From an uncultured delta proteobacterium (GTDB lineage: Bacteria > Desulfobacterota > Desulfobaccia > Desulfobaccales > 0-14-0-80-60-11), in the NCBI GenBank assembly GCA_963812015.1, contig CAWETI010000002.1, forward strand, positions 1,344,001-1,408,000: a DNA stretch of 64,000 nt, given 5' to 3'. Under the pieces are notes generated by a model that was not told where the DNA came from, searched no databases, and saw only the letters and a list, made by a program, of their open reading frames with translations. Shown here piece by piece: positions 8,490 through 18,453 of this stretch. Numbering within the stretch: the first letter of the stretch is position 1; the number at the start of each line of letters is the position of its first letter. A program made the position numbers and the translations under genes.

Positions 8490-9553
8490 TCTTCAAGCTC
8501 TGGCGGTATGCCTATGGCGGCGCCAAGGTTATGGCCCTCAAGAGTTTTCTGCTCTCTCCCGAAGACTATCACTATCTCCTCAGAGCCCGGAACCTGGAAG
8601 ACCTGGTGGGGTACCTCCGGACCACGGCTTATGGCCCCACCCTCTCCGGCTGGGACTGGCGCCGGGGGGACGCGGAAGCCGAACTGAGCCGCCGCCTTTA
8701 CGGCAGCCTGGCTCAGGCCTTTCTCAAGGTGCGCCGGGGGTTGAAGCCGCGGGAGGCCCGTTTCCTGGATCTTTTGCTGGAGCGCTTGGAAGCGGAAAAT
8801 CTCAAGGTCGTGCTCCGGGCCCTCAACCTGCGCCTGGACCCGGTCCAGGCGGAGGAGCGGCTTTTGCCCCTAACGGCCTTATCATCCCTGAATTTCCAGG
8901 CCATGCTGCGTCAGGAGAGCATCCCCCGGTTGGTGGACTACCTGGCTCCCACTGTCTGGGGGCCGCCCCTGGCCCGGGGGCTGTCCCGGTTTGCGCGTGA
9001 GGCCAACCTTTTCCCCCTGGAGATGTCCCTGGACCTCTTTGTGTACGCCTCCCTCTGGCAGGGGTTGGCGCGGTTGGGCTCGGCCGACCGCCGCATCGCC
9101 GGGGAGATCCTGGGCACCCTGGCCGACATCACGAACATCACCTGGGCCGGCCGCTTTCGCGATCTGTACGGCTTCCCGGCGGAAGAGACCTACCAGTATC
9201 TGATTGAGGCCGGGAGCTTCCGCAGCCCCGCCGCCCGCCGGGACCTGGCCTTTGCCGCCAATACCGGGGAGATGATCCTCCGCCTGCCCCGGCCGAGCTA
9301 CATCGAACTGCTCCAGGGGGCGGCAGACCGGGCGGACGTGGAAGCCCGGCTCCGACAGCACTGGCTGGCGACCCTGGAACGGGCCCTGGCCCGGCCGCCC
9401 TTCCAGATCGGTCTGCCCGTCACTTACCTGTTCTTCAAGGAATTGGAGCTGGATAACCTCGTCACCCTGGTGACCGGCAAAATGCTCAACCTGCCGGCCG
9501 AACGGGTGGAGCCGTGGCTGTGGCGTCGGGCGGCCGGAGGCGTGCATGTTTAA
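8486..9553 (+). CDS. ntpC: V/A-type ATPase subunit C (d)
   Basis: YAYGGAKVMALKSFLL, ENLKVVLR, YLFFKELELDNL; operon position. Confidence 0.88.
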   Translation: MIFKLWRYAYGGAKVMALKSFLLSPEDYHYLLRARNLEDLVGYLRTTAYGPTLSGWDWRRGDAEAELSRRLYGSLAQAFLKVRRGLKPREARFLDLLLERLEAENLKVVLRALNLRLDPVQAEERLLPLTALSSLNFQAMLRQESIPRLVDYLAPTVWGPPLARGLSRFAREANLFPLEMSLDLFVYASLWQGLARLGSADRRIAGEILGTLADITNITWAGRFRDLYGFPAEETYQYLIEAGSFRSPAARRDLAFAANTGEMILRLPRPSYIELLQGAADRADVEARLRQHWLATLERALARPPFQIGLPVTYLFFKELELDNLVTLVTGKMLNLPAERVEPWLWRRAAGGVHV

Positions 9554-11507
9554 AGCCGTGCCCCTGGTCCTGATAAATATTCAGGTGGCCCAGGAAGAAA
9601 TTTCCCGGGCTACCGCAGTCTTGACCAGGCTGCGGATCATGCACCTCATCAATCTGGTGGAGACCCCCCTGGGCAAACTGGGGTATATGGGGGAACTGGA
9701 GCGGGACCTGCTCAACCGCTATCAGGAGGTGGGGGAAGAAGTGGACCATTGGGCCCAGGTCCTGGAAATCCCCCCCCAGGTGGTGGAGATGCCCCCCGAC
9801 CTGGACCCCGCCAAGGATATTTATCCCCTGGAAGAAACCATGGAGCACCTGCGGCGCCAGGTGAGCCCGGTGCTCCAGAAAGCGCAGGAAGTCACGGAGC
9901 AGCTGGCCAAGCTGCAGGAATACCAAAAGAATCTGGAATCAGTGGCCCCCGCGGGAATTTCGCCCGGGGACCTGGCCGGCCTCCGGTTTACGTATCTGGC
10001 GCCTGGATGGCTGCCGAGGGAGAATCTCCTCAGGTTGGAACAGGCCCTGGAGCACCTCCACCACGCCCTGATCCCCGTCGCCCAGGCGGAGCCCCGGGTC
10101 CTGGTCCTGGTGGCGAGTTTGCTTACGGATCGGGACACCTTGGACCGGGCCCTGAAGGGCGCCTTCTTCGAACTCCTCTCACTGCCCCCGGAGGCCACCG
10201 GTTTCCTGGAGGAGACCCTGGCGGACCTGAAACAACAGATCCAGGCCCTGGAAGCATCCCGGGAGCAGCTGGATGCCCAGCGGTCCCGGCTGCGGGACCA
10301 GATCGGCCCGGACCTGGTGCGCATCCGCAACCGCATTGACCTGACCCGCACCCTGCTCCGGGCCCGGGTGTTGTTCGGCAAGGTGGACCGCTCCTACCTG
10401 GTGAGCGGCTGGATTCCCGCCAACCTGGTGGATAAGCTCAAGGAGGCCCTGGCCCAGGAGTTGGGAGACCGGGCGGAGGTGGAGATCCTCTCCCCCGAGG
10501 CCATCCCGGGGGTCCGGGAAGGGATTCTGAAGATTCCCATCCTCTTCAATAATCCCTACCTGCTTCGGCCCTTCGAGCGTCTGACCAAGGCCTATGGCAC
10601 TCCCGCTTACGGGGAGGTGGAGCCCACGGCGTTTCTGGCCGTGAGCTTTTTACTGATGTTCGGCCTGATGTTCGGCGACGTCGGCCAGGGCGGGGTGCTC
10701 TTTCTTTTGGGCTACGTGATCTTCCGGAGATTTTTCCGGTACACCGACTACGGCGTTATCCTGATGGAATGCGGGGTGGCGTCCGTCATCTTCGGGTTTC
10801 TCTACGGCAGCGTCTTCGGGGTGGAAAACCTGCTGCCGGCCTTGTGGTTTTCGCCCATGCAGGACATCACCTATTTCGTCAAGATCGCGGTCTTGTTCGG
10901 GGTGGGGGCCATCAGCCTGGGGTTGATCCTGAGTTTCATCAACGCCCTGCGCCTCAAGACCTCGCGCCTGCCCGGGGCCGGCCTCCTGGCGGCCCTGATC
11001 TACTGGATCCTGGCGGGCTTGGGGGTGCGCTACCTCCTCACCGGGGCCCTGGAATGGGATTTCTGGGTGGCCGCGGGGGTGGCCGGCGTCACCCTGCTCA
11101 TGGGAATCATCTACATCTTGCAGCGCCTGTGGCTGGCGCCGCCCCAAGCCGAGGCCGTCACCGAAGGCGCAGGGACCAGGTTGCTGGAGGGGATCATCGA
11201 AGTGGTGGACGGCACCATCCGTTTCGTGGCCAACACCATTTCCTTCATCCGCATCGCCGCCTTTGCCCTGGCCCACGCCGGCCTGTTCATCGCGGTCTTT
11301 TCCCTGGCGGACACCCTGAACCGCATGGGGGGCGGCGGGCTGGTGTACTGGCTCACCATCCTGGTGGGCAACGTGGTCATCATCCTGCTGGAGGGGCTGG
11401 TGGTCTCCATCCAGATTGTCCGGCTGGAATACTACGAATTTATGAGCAAATTTTTCCACGGGGGCGGGGAGCCCTTCAAACCCCTGGAGCGGGGGGCGGC
11501 GCCGTGA
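9546..11507 (+). CDS. ntpI: V/A-type ATPase subunit I (a)
   Basis: YGTPAYGEVEPT, FGLMFGDVGQG, NTISFIRIAAFALAH (essential Arg), RLEYYEFMSKFF. Confidence 0.96.
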   Translation: MFKAVPLVLINIQVAQEEISRATAVLTRLRIMHLINLVETPLGKLGYMGELERDLLNRYQEVGEEVDHWAQVLEIPPQVVEMPPDLDPAKDIYPLEETMEHLRRQVSPVLQKAQEVTEQLAKLQEYQKNLESVAPAGISPGDLAGLRFTYLAPGWLPRENLLRLEQALEHLHHALIPVAQAEPRVLVLVASLLTDRDTLDRALKGAFFELLSLPPEATGFLEETLADLKQQIQALEASREQLDAQRSRLRDQIGPDLVRIRNRIDLTRTLLRARVLFGKVDRSYLVSGWIPANLVDKLKEALAQELGDRAEVEILSPEAIPGVREGILKIPILFNNPYLLRPFERLTKAYGTPAYGEVEPTAFLAVSFLLMFGLMFGDVGQGGVLFLLGYVIFRRFFRYTDYGVILMECGVASVIFGFLYGSVFGVENLLPALWFSPMQDITYFVKIAVLFGVGAISLGLILSFINALRLKTSRLPGAGLLAALIYWILAGLGVRYLLTGALEWDFWVAAGVAGVTLLMGIIYILQRLWLAPPQAEAVTEGAGTRLLEGIIEVVDGTIRFVANTISFIRIAAFALAHAGLFIAVFSLADTLNRMGGGGLVYWLTILVGNVVIILLEGLVVSIQIVRLEYYEFMSKFFHGGGEPFKPLERGAAP

Positions 11508-11523
11508 ATTGAGACTGAAAATA

Positions 11524-11592
11524 TTTTTGGAAGAGGGGGCCATAGGCCGATGGCCCCTGCCCCCTCTCCCAAACCCACTCCCCCAACCCCCA
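11524..11592. repeat. G/C-tract hairpin repeat (family also at 14281, 17653, 30450, 60585)
   Basis: TTTGGAAGAGGGGGCC..GGCCCCTGCCCCTCTCCCAAACCCAC-TCCCCCAACCCCC, similar to the other copies. Confidence 0.6.
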
Positions 11593-11680
11593 TAAGGGAT
11601 TTTGGGAAAAAATCAGTCTCTTATTCAGAAGATCTTTCAAACATTTTCAAACTATTGGTTGGATCGCAAGAGGGATACTG

Positions 11681-12004
11681 ATGATGACAAAGACTTGCCG
11701 ATGCCTGTTGATCTGCCTGGGAACCCTGATTATGGTGAACGGCTGGCTGCCAGTGGCCTGGGCCCAGACCGGGGCCACCCCCACCCCGGAGGTGGTGAAG
11801 TGGGCCTATATGGCCGCCGCCATCGCCGCCGGCCTGGGGGTCCTGGGGGCTTCGGTGGCCGTGGCTGCGGTGGGAGCCGCAGCCATGGGGGCCATCAGCG
11901 AAAAACCGGAACTCTTTGCCCGGGCCTTGATCTTCGTGGGCCTAGCCGAAGGTCTGGCCATCTACGGGCTCATCGTGGCCATCATGATCCTGGGAAGAGT
12001 GTAG
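11681..12004 (+). CDS. ntpK: V/A-type ATPase proteolipid subunit K (c), single hairpin with N-terminal signal-like leader
   Basis: GAISEKPELF..GLAEGLAIYGLIVAIMILG with carrier Glu; leader ending AWA. Confidence 0.95.
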   Translation: MMTKTCRCLLICLGTLIMVNGWLPVAWAQTGATPTPEVVKWAYMAAAIAAGLGVLGASVAVAAVGAAAMGAISEKPELFARALIFVGLAEGLAIYGLIVAIMILGRV

Positions 12005-12008
12005 GATG

Positions 12009-12133
12009 AGTAGTCAGTAGCCAGCAGCCAGTTATGGGTCTCAGGGGCGACCTCAGCCGGAAATGAGACGCTCAGTTACAAGCAATTTAAGAGGCAAAAA
12101 TTTTTACTGCCTCCTGGCAACTGACTACTGCCT
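12009..12133. repeat. Inverted heptamer-arm element (empty)
   Basis: Left arm AGTAGTC AGTAGCC AGCAGCC AGT; right arm ACTGCCT CCTGGCA ACTGACT ACTGCCT; 21/24 complementary. Confidence 0.8.
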
Positions 12134-12146
12134 CAAGGAGGGCGCC

Positions 12147-12461
12147 ATCAAAGCCCAGGGTTTTTTTGTTATCGCCGACGCCCGCACCCTGCTGGCCTTC
12201 GCCCTGGCCGGGATTCCCGGGGGGGCGGCGGACAATGCGGCCGAGGCCCGGCAGTTGCTGGCCGAGGGCCGGGCTGACCCCGGGGTGGGGCTGGTATTGA
12301 TCACCGAACGGCTCTCCCGGGAGATCCGGAATGAGGTGGACGCCATCCGGGGAGAAGGTCGGCCACCCCTGGTCCTGGAAATTCCGGACCTGCAAGGGCC
12401 CCTGCCCGGGGGCCAGTCGCTGCTGGAGCGGCTGCGGGCCCTGATGGGGATACCGAAGTGA
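12147..12461 (+). CDS. ntpF: V/A-type ATPase subunit F (candidate ATC start; alternative ATG at 12063)
   Basis: VIAD..TLLAFALAGI..VGLVLITE..PLVLEIPD. AAGGAG lies 6 nt before an in-frame ATC. Confidence 0.85.
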   Translation: MKAQGFFVIADARTLLAFALAGIPGGAADNAAEARQLLAEGRADPGVGLVLITERLSREIRNEVDAIRGEGRPPLVLEIPDLQGPLPGGQSLLERLRALMGIPK

Positions 12462-12477
12462 GCGGGCTTCAATCATT

Positions 12478-12535
12478 GTCGGGGTGCACCAGGGTGTGCT
12501 CCCCCCGCGGGCGGACATTGAGGTCCGCCCCTATA
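12478..12535. repeat. Degenerate GTAG-type REP doublet
   Basis: GGGGTGCACCagggTGTGCTCCCC plus GGGCGGACattgagGTCCGCCCCTA; related to 45992-46053. Confidence 0.6.
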
Positions 12536-12550
12536 ATAGGTGCTTGAGTT

Positions 12551-13165
12551 ATGCCCCTTTATGACCAGGTGGAACTCCTCTGCCAGGCCATCGCCACCCA
12601 GGCCAAAGGCGAAGTCGAAGAGATCATGGCTCGGGCCCGGGAAGAGGCGGAGCGCCGCCTGAACGAGGCCGAGGCCCGCCGCCAGGAGGTGCTTGCCAGG
12701 ACCAAAGCCGAGGTGGAGGCCCAGGCCCGCCTCGAGGCGAGGAGCCGCATTGACCGGGCTGAGCTTTCGGGCAAGCGGCAAGTCTCCCAGACGAAAGAAA
12801 CCTTTCTGAATGAGGTTTTTGCCCAGGCCCAGGCCCTGCTCCTGGCCTTTCGGGAAACCCCCGACTACCGGGACTGGCTGCGGCGGACGCTTCTGGGCAC
12901 GCTCCAGCAACTGGAAGGGGAGGAGTTCCGGGTCATGGCCAACCCTGAAGAAGTAAAGTGGCTCACCCCTGACCTGCTTCAGGAGATGAGTCAGGCCCGG
13001 GCCTGCCGTCTGGACCTGGCCGCCGACCCGGACCTGCCCGCCGGGGGTTTCGTGGTGGTCCGGGCCGATGGCCGGGTGCGCTTTGACCAGACTTTTGCGG
13101 GCATCATCGACCGCCAGCGGGAAACCTTGCGGGGCGAGATCGCCCGGAAGCTGTGGGGGAGTTGA
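12551..13165 (+). CDS. ntpE: V/A-type ATPase subunit E
   Basis: N-terminal coiled coil, GGFVV..DGRVRFDQTF, EIARKLW; operon position. Confidence 0.9.
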   Translation: MPLYDQVELLCQAIATQAKGEVEEIMARAREEAERRLNEAEARRQEVLARTKAEVEAQARLEARSRIDRAELSGKRQVSQTKETFLNEVFAQAQALLLAFRETPDYRDWLRRTLLGTLQQLEGEEFRVMANPEEVKWLTPDLLQEMSQARACRLDLAADPDLPAGGFVVVRADGRVRFDQTFAGIIDRQRETLRGEIARKLWGS

Positions 13166-13297
13166 GGGGAAGCCCATGGCGGCGTATCCTTAGCCGGCCG
13201 CCTAGTTTTACTTGAGACTTGGCCCAAAAATTTAAGGTCCCCCTTTGGGAAAGAAGGGATTTTACCAAACGTTTGTTTCAAGGTAAGCGATATTTCC

Positions 13298-14239
13298 ATG
13301 AACATCCTGGTGCGACCATTACAGGAGGGCGACCTGCCCCTGGCCGACCGCATTTTCCGGCTGGCCTTCGGCACGTTTAACGGCCTGGCGGACCCGAGCC
13401 GGTTCGGCGGCGACCTGGACAAGGTCCACAGCCGCTGGCTGGCCGACCCCGGCGCGGCCTTCGGGGCGGAGGTGGACGGCGAATTGGCAGGCTCCAATTT
13501 CGTCACCCATTGGGGCAGCGTGGGTTACTTCGGCCCCCTAACGGTGCACCCGGACTTTTGGGACCGGGGCGTGGGCCAACAACTCCTCCCACCCGCCCTG
13601 GCCCTATTCGAGGCCTGGGGCTGCCGCCACACCGGGCTTTATACTTATTCCTGCAGCCCCAAGCACCTGGCCCTTTACCAGAAATTCGGTTTTTGGCCCC
13701 GCTCTCTCACGGCCATCATGTCAAAGGAGGTCAGGCGGGTGGAGAGGGGAGGGGAGGTCAGCTTTTATTCCCAGGCGCCGGCCTCGGAGCGGCCTGGGTT
13801 GGTGGCCGCCTGCGCCGGGCTCACCGATGCCATTTATGCCGGGCTGGAGGTGAGTCGGGAGATTTTCGCCCTGGAGAGCCAGGGGCTGGGCGATACCGTG
13901 CTGGTCTGGGATGATGCGGGACTGGTGGGGTTCGCGGCGGTGCACTGCGGCCCCGGCTCCGAGGCCGGCAGCGGCGCCGGTTTTATAAAATTCGGGGCGG
14001 CCCGGCCCGGACCCACGGCGGGGGAGTGCTTTGACCGGCTCCTCACCGCGTGCGAGGCCTATGCTGTGGCCCGGGGGGCGGCCCGCCTCATGGCCGGGGT
14101 GAGCCTGGCCCGTAAACCCGCGTATGAGCAGATGCGGGCCCGGGGCTTCCAAATCGACATCGTGGGCGTGTGCATGCATAAGCCCGATGAGGCGGGCTAC
14201 CACCGGCCAGATGCGTATGTCATGGATGATTGGCGGTAA
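13298..14239 (+). CDS. GNAT-family N-acetyltransferase, probably tandem GNAT folds
   Basis: GPLTVHPDFWDRGVGQQL acetyl-CoA motif, ALYQKFGF, second degenerate lobe ending ARGF. Confidence 0.85.
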   Translation: MNILVRPLQEGDLPLADRIFRLAFGTFNGLADPSRFGGDLDKVHSRWLADPGAAFGAEVDGELAGSNFVTHWGSVGYFGPLTVHPDFWDRGVGQQLLPPALALFEAWGCRHTGLYTYSCSPKHLALYQKFGFWPRSLTAIMSKEVRRVERGGEVSFYSQAPASERPGLVAACAGLTDAIYAGLEVSREIFALESQGLGDTVLVWDDAGLVGFAAVHCGPGSEAGSGAGFIKFGAARPGPTAGECFDRLLTACEAYAVARGAARLMAGVSLARKPAYEQMRARGFQIDIVGVCMHKPDEAGYHRPDAYVMDDWR

Positions 14240-14280
14240 CCGGATATGGTGCGCAAGGCGCAGCCTCCGTTAATCTTACG

Positions 14281-14364
14281 GGGTTGGGGGATGGGGTTGG
14301 GGGAATTTTTTATAAGAGGGCAGGGGCCACTTACGAAAAAGCCCCTGGCCCCTTTCCCCAAAAT
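14281..14364. repeat. G/C-tract hairpin repeat, reverse orientation
   Basis: Reverse complement reads TTTTGGGGAAAGGGGCCAGGGGCTTTTTCGTAAGTGGCCCCTGCCC..CCCCCAACCCCATCCCCCAACCC, matching 17653 and 60585. Confidence 0.75.
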
Positions 14365-14372
14365 AACAAGCC

Positions 14373-16133
14373 ATGACTGATACCAAAGCCGAAATCATCT
14401 GGGTGAGCGGGCCGGTGATGCGGTCCAGTGGTGGGCAGGTCCTCTCCATGTATGAGATGGTGGAGGTGGGGGAGGAGCGGCTCATCGGCGAGGTCATTGC
14501 GTTGGACGGCGAGGTGGCCACTCTCCAGATTTACGAGGACACCGGCGGCATCCGCCCCGGCGACCCGGTGGTGGGGCAGGGGGCGCCGTTGTCGGTGGAG
14601 ATCGGTCCGGGTCTCTTGGGCCAGATCTTCGACGGCATCCAGCGGCCCCTGAAGGCCCTGGAGCGGGTCACCGGCATTTTTATCGGCCGGGGGGCGCAGG
14701 TGGCCACCCTGGACCGGAAGAAGGCCTGGGCCTTCACGCCCCGGCGCCAGGCGGGGGATCAGGTAGCCGGCGGGGATATCCTGGGAGTGGTGCCCGAGAC
14801 CACCGCCATGGAGCACCGGGTCCTGGCGCCGCCAGGGGTGGCCGGGGAGCTCACCTTTATCGCCCCGTTGGGAGAGTACACTTTACAAGACGTCATCGGC
14901 CGCATCAAGGATGCCCGGGGCCGGGAGACGGAGCTCTTCCTATGGCACCGTTGGCCGGTGCGGCAGGGCCGGCCGTATCGGGAGCGCCTGCTGCCGGCGG
15001 AGCCTTTGATCACCGGCCAAAGGGTTCTGGACGCCCTCTTTCCCCTGGCCAAGGGCGGCGCCGCCGCCATCCCCGGCGGGTTCGGCACCGGCAAGACCAT
15101 CACCCAGCACCAGCTCTCCAAGTGGTGCGAGGCCGACCTCATCGTCTACGTGGGCTGCGGTGAGCGGGGCAACGAGATGACGGGGATATTGACTGAATTA
15201 CCCGCCTTACAAGACCCGCGCACCGGGCACCCCCTCCTGGAGCGCACCATCCTCATCGCCAACACCTCCAACATGCCGGTGGCGGCCCGGGAGGCTTCCA
15301 TATACACCGGCATCACCCTGGCCGAGGCCTTTCGCGATATGGGCTACGCCGTGGCCCTCATGGCCGACTCCACCTCGCGCTGGGCCGAGGCCCTGCGAGA
15401 GATCTCCGGGCGGCTGGAGGAGATGCCGGCGGAGGAAGGCTTTCCGGCGTATCTGGCCACCCGGCTGGCTGAGTTCTATGAACGGGCCGGTTCGGTGGTC
15501 ACCCTGAACGGGGCCAGGGGGTCGGTCTCGATTATCGGCGCGGTGTCACCGCCGGGGGGGGATTTTTCCGAACCCGTGACCCAGCAAACCAAACGGTTCG
15601 TGCGTACCTTCTGGGGCCTGGACAAGGAGTTGGCCGCGGCGCGGTACTTTCCGGCCATCAACCCCAACGACAGCTACAGCGAATATCCCGACATGGTGAA
15701 AGGCTGGTGGGCCGAACACGTGGAGCCGGGGTGGCAGGAGATGCGGGGCCAGGCCCTGGTGCTGCTCCAGGAAGACTACCAGTTGCAGCGCATCGTCAAG
15801 ATCATCGGCGAAGAAGCCCTGCCGGACGCCCAGCGCCTGGTACTGGCCGCGGCTGGCTGGTTCAAGGAGGGGTTCCTGCAGCAGAGCGCCTTTGACCCGG
15901 TGGACATGTTTTGCCCCCCGGCCAAACAGATGAAGATGCTCAAGCTGATCCTCGCGACCTACCGTAAGGCCAAAGAGGTGGTGGCCAAGGGGACGCCGTT
16001 CTATCAGATCCGGGAACTGGAGGAACTGGGGGCAATGCTGCGGATGAAGTCCACCATTAAGGCAGATGAGTTGGAGAAGTTCGACGAGCTGGAGAAGACC
16101 TTGAATGATAAGCTGGAGGCGTTGGCGGGTTAA
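14373..16133 (+). CDS. ntpA: V/A-type ATPase catalytic subunit A
   Basis: GGFGTGKT Walker A, GCGERGNEM, ANTSNMPVAAREASIYTG, VSPPGGDFSEPVTQ. Confidence 0.98.
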   Translation: MTDTKAEIIWVSGPVMRSSGGQVLSMYEMVEVGEERLIGEVIALDGEVATLQIYEDTGGIRPGDPVVGQGAPLSVEIGPGLLGQIFDGIQRPLKALERVTGIFIGRGAQVATLDRKKAWAFTPRRQAGDQVAGGDILGVVPETTAMEHRVLAPPGVAGELTFIAPLGEYTLQDVIGRIKDARGRETELFLWHRWPVRQGRPYRERLLPAEPLITGQRVLDALFPLAKGGAAAIPGGFGTGKTITQHQLSKWCEADLIVYVGCGERGNEMTGILTELPALQDPRTGHPLLERTILIANTSNMPVAAREASIYTGITLAEAFRDMGYAVALMADSTSRWAEALREISGRLEEMPAEEGFPAYLATRLAEFYERAGSVVTLNGARGSVSIIGAVSPPGGDFSEPVTQQTKRFVRTFWGLDKELAAARYFPAINPNDSYSEYPDMVKGWWAEHVEPGWQEMRGQALVLLQEDYQLQRIVKIIGEEALPDAQRLVLAAAGWFKEGFLQQSAFDPVDMFCPPAKQMKMLKLILATYRKAKEVVAKGTPFYQIRELEELGAMLRMKSTIKADELEKFDELEKTLNDKLEALAG

Positions 16134-16135
16134 GG

Positions 16136-16193
16136 TGCCCAAGCAGAGCTTGGGCCAAGAATATACGTTCCCAAGCTGGAGCTTGGGAACGAG
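16136..16193. repeat. Tandem pair of CCCAAGC-N-GCTTGGG palindromes
   Basis: GCCCAAGCagaGCTTGGGC and GTTCCCAAGCTggAGCTTGGGAAC. Confidence 0.7.
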
Positions 16194-16239
16194 ATAAATA
16201 GCTATTTCAGGAAAAAGCGGAAACTAAAAACCGAGAACT

Positions 16240-17670
16240 ATGGACATTCCACCGAAATCCGGAAACCGGAAACCGGAAACCGTACTCCCCGCCTCCGGCC
16301 GGGAGTACCTGGGCCTCAAGTCCATCATCGGGCCGCTCTTGGTGGTGGAAGGCGTCAGAGGGGTGGGGTTTGACGAAAGCGTGGAAGTCACCGCCCCCGA
16401 CGGCTCCCGCCAGACAGGCCGGGTACTGGCCGTGGGCAAGAATGAAGCGGTGATCGAGCTTTTCGGCGAGACCGTGGGCCTGTCCTTACAAAAGACCCGG
16501 GCGCGCTTCACTGGCAGCCCTCTGACGATTTCGGTGTCCACCGATCTTTTGGGGCGCATCTTCGACGGTATGGGCCAGCCCCTGGACGGCGGCCCCATGC
16601 CGGTGGGGGAGGCCAGCCGGGACATCAACGGCCAGCCCATCAACCCCACGGCCCGCACCTACCCCCAGGAGTTCATCCAAACGGGGATTTCGGCCATCGA
16701 CGGCATGAACACTTTGGTGCGGGGGCAGAAGCTCCCCATCTTCGCCATGAGCGGGCTGCCCCACAACGAGCTGGCGGCCCAAATCGTGCGCCAGGCCCGC
16801 CTCCTGGGGGAAGAAGAGGAGCGCTTCGCCATCGTGTTTGCGGCCATGGGGGTGCAGCACGACGTGGCCAACATCTTCCGTCAGTCCTTCGAGGCCAGCG
16901 GCGTCCTCAACAACGTGGTCATGTTCCTCAACCTGGCGAACGATCCGGCCATCGGACGCCTCATCACGCCCCGCCTGGCCCTGACGGTGGCGGAGTTCCT
17001 CGCTTTTGACAAGGATCACCACGTCCTGGCCATCCTCACGGACATGACCAACTACTGCGAGGCCTTGCGGGAAGTGGCCAGTTCCAAAGGCGAGGTGCCC
17101 AGCCGGAAAGGCTACCCCGGGTATCTGTACAGCGATCTCGCGTCCATCTATGAACGGGCCGGCAAGGTCGAAGGCCGCAAAGGGTCCATCACCCAGCTGC
17201 CCATGCTCACCATGCCCAACGACGATATCACGCACCCCATCCCGGACCTCACCGGGTACATCACCGAGGGGCAGATCGTGCTGGACCGGGGCCTGCACCA
17301 GCGGGGGATTTACCCGCCCATCAACGTGCTGCCGTCGCTGTCCAGGCTGATGAGCGACGGCATCGGAGGCGGCCGCACCCGGGAGGACCACAGCCACGTG
17401 TCTTCGCAACTCTACGCCGCCTACGACCACGCCCGGCGCATCCAGTCCCTGGCGGCCATCATCGGGGAAGACAGCTTGTCGACGGGGGATCGCCAGGTGC
17501 TCAATTTCGGCCGGGCCTTTGAAGAAAAGTTCCTGCGACAGCGGCCGGATGAAAACCGCACCATCACTCAGACCCTGGACCTGGCCTGGGAGATCCTCAA
17601 GGAATTGCCCCGGGGCGACCTCACCCGGGTGACGGAGGAGGAGATTGAGAAATTTGGGGGAAGGGGCTAG
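16240..17670 (+). CDS. ntpB: V/A-type ATPase subunit B
   Basis: [69 protein letters not shown]. Confidence 0.98.
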   Translation: MDIPPKSGNRKPETVLPASGREYLGLKSIIGPLLVVEGVRGVGFDESVEVTAPDGSRQTGRVLAVGKNEAVIELFGETVGLSLQKTRARFTGSPLTISVSTDLLGRIFDGMGQPLDGGPMPVGEASRDINGQPINPTARTYPQEFIQTGISAIDGMNTLVRGQKLPIFAMSGLPHNELAAQIVRQARLLGEEEERFAIVFAAMGVQHDVANIFRQSFEASGVLNNVVMFLNLANDPAIGRLITPRLALTVAEFLAFDKDHHVLAILTDMTNYCEALREVASSKGEVPSRKGYPGYLYSDLASIYERAGKVEGRKGSITQLPMLTMPNDDITHPIPDLTGYITEGQIVLDRGLHQRGIYPPINVLPSLSRLMSDGIGGGRTREDHSHVSSQLYAAYDHARRIQSLAAIIGEDSLSTGDRQVLNFGRAFEEKFLRQRPDENRTITQTLDLAWEILKELPRGDLTRVTEEEIEKFGGRG

Positions 17671-17803
17671 GGGCTTTTTCGTTTTTTCGTAAATGTGGCC
17701 CTTACCCCTTCCCCCAAACCCCCATCCCCAACCCTGTACAGGGGGTTGGGAGGGGAGGGCGGGGGACTCTTACGAAACATGTCCCCCGGTCCTCCCCTCA
17801 AAA
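17653..17803. repeat. G/C-tract double-hairpin repeat overlapping the ntpB stop
   Basis: TTTGGGGGAAGGGG..CCCCTTCCCCCAAA, CCCAACCC..GGGTTGGG, GAGGGGAGG..CCTCCCCTC. Confidence 0.75.
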
Positions 17804-17823
17804 CCATATTTCAAGAGGCAGCT

Positions 17824-18453
17824 ATGGCGCGCTTGAGCCTTCCCGCCACTAAAGGGAACCTTTTAAAGATCAAGGACGAGCATCTCCTGGCTAGTGAGGC
17901 CGTCACCTTCCTGGAGGAGAAGCGGGACCTGCTGTTGGGGGAATTGCTGCGGCTCCAGGGGCAGGCCGCCACTTTCCGGCGCCGGGTGGAGCAGGCCCTC
18001 AACGCCGCCTATGGCCATCTGGTGGAGGGTCTGCTCTCCCTGGGCCGGGAGGGCGTGGCCCGGGCCGCCCTGGGGGTCTCGGGCGAGGATCGGGTAGTGA
18101 TCAAGGACCGGGGTTTTTTGGGGATGCCCATGCCGGTGGTGGAATTTACTTCCGGGGAGCAGCGGCCCCAGATAAGTTTCGGGGGCACGGTCAGCGCCCT
18201 GGACGAGTGCCAACTGGCCATCCGGGAGGCCCTGGCCCCCCTGGCCGAACTGGCGGAGGTGGAGGCCATTCTCTGGCGGCTGGCCGAGGAGCTGAAACGG
18301 ACCGTGCGGCGCACCAATGCCTTGAATTATATGATCATCCCCACGTATCAAGAGACTATCCACTATCTGGAAGGCGCCCTGGAAGAACGGGAACGGGAAG
18401 GGTTATTTCATCTCAAGCGGGCCAAGGCCCGTAAAGCAGCCAGTAGCCAGTAG
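17824..18453 (+). CDS. ntpD: V/A-type ATPase subunit D
   Basis: PATKGNLL..LEEKRDLL, ELKRTVRRTNAL..IIP, LEEREREG. ATG 17824 chosen over the repeat-derived upstream GTG. Confidence 0.95.
   Translation: MARLSLPATKGNLLKIKDEHLLASEAVTFLEEKRDLLLGELLRLQGQAATFRRRVEQALNAAYGHLVEGLLSLGREGVARAALGVSGEDRVVIKDRGFLGMPMPVVEFTSGEQRPQISFGGTVSALDECQLAIREALAPLAELAEVEAILWRLAEELKRTVRRTNALNYMIIPTYQETIHYLEGALEEREREGLFHLKRAKARKAASSQ

Noticed and set aside
17695..17823. N-terminal extension of subunit D (similarly 48354-48413, 21252-21356, 40778-40906)
   Set aside because: Extensions run through repeats or UTRs; downstream starts fit family lengths and mostly have an RBS.
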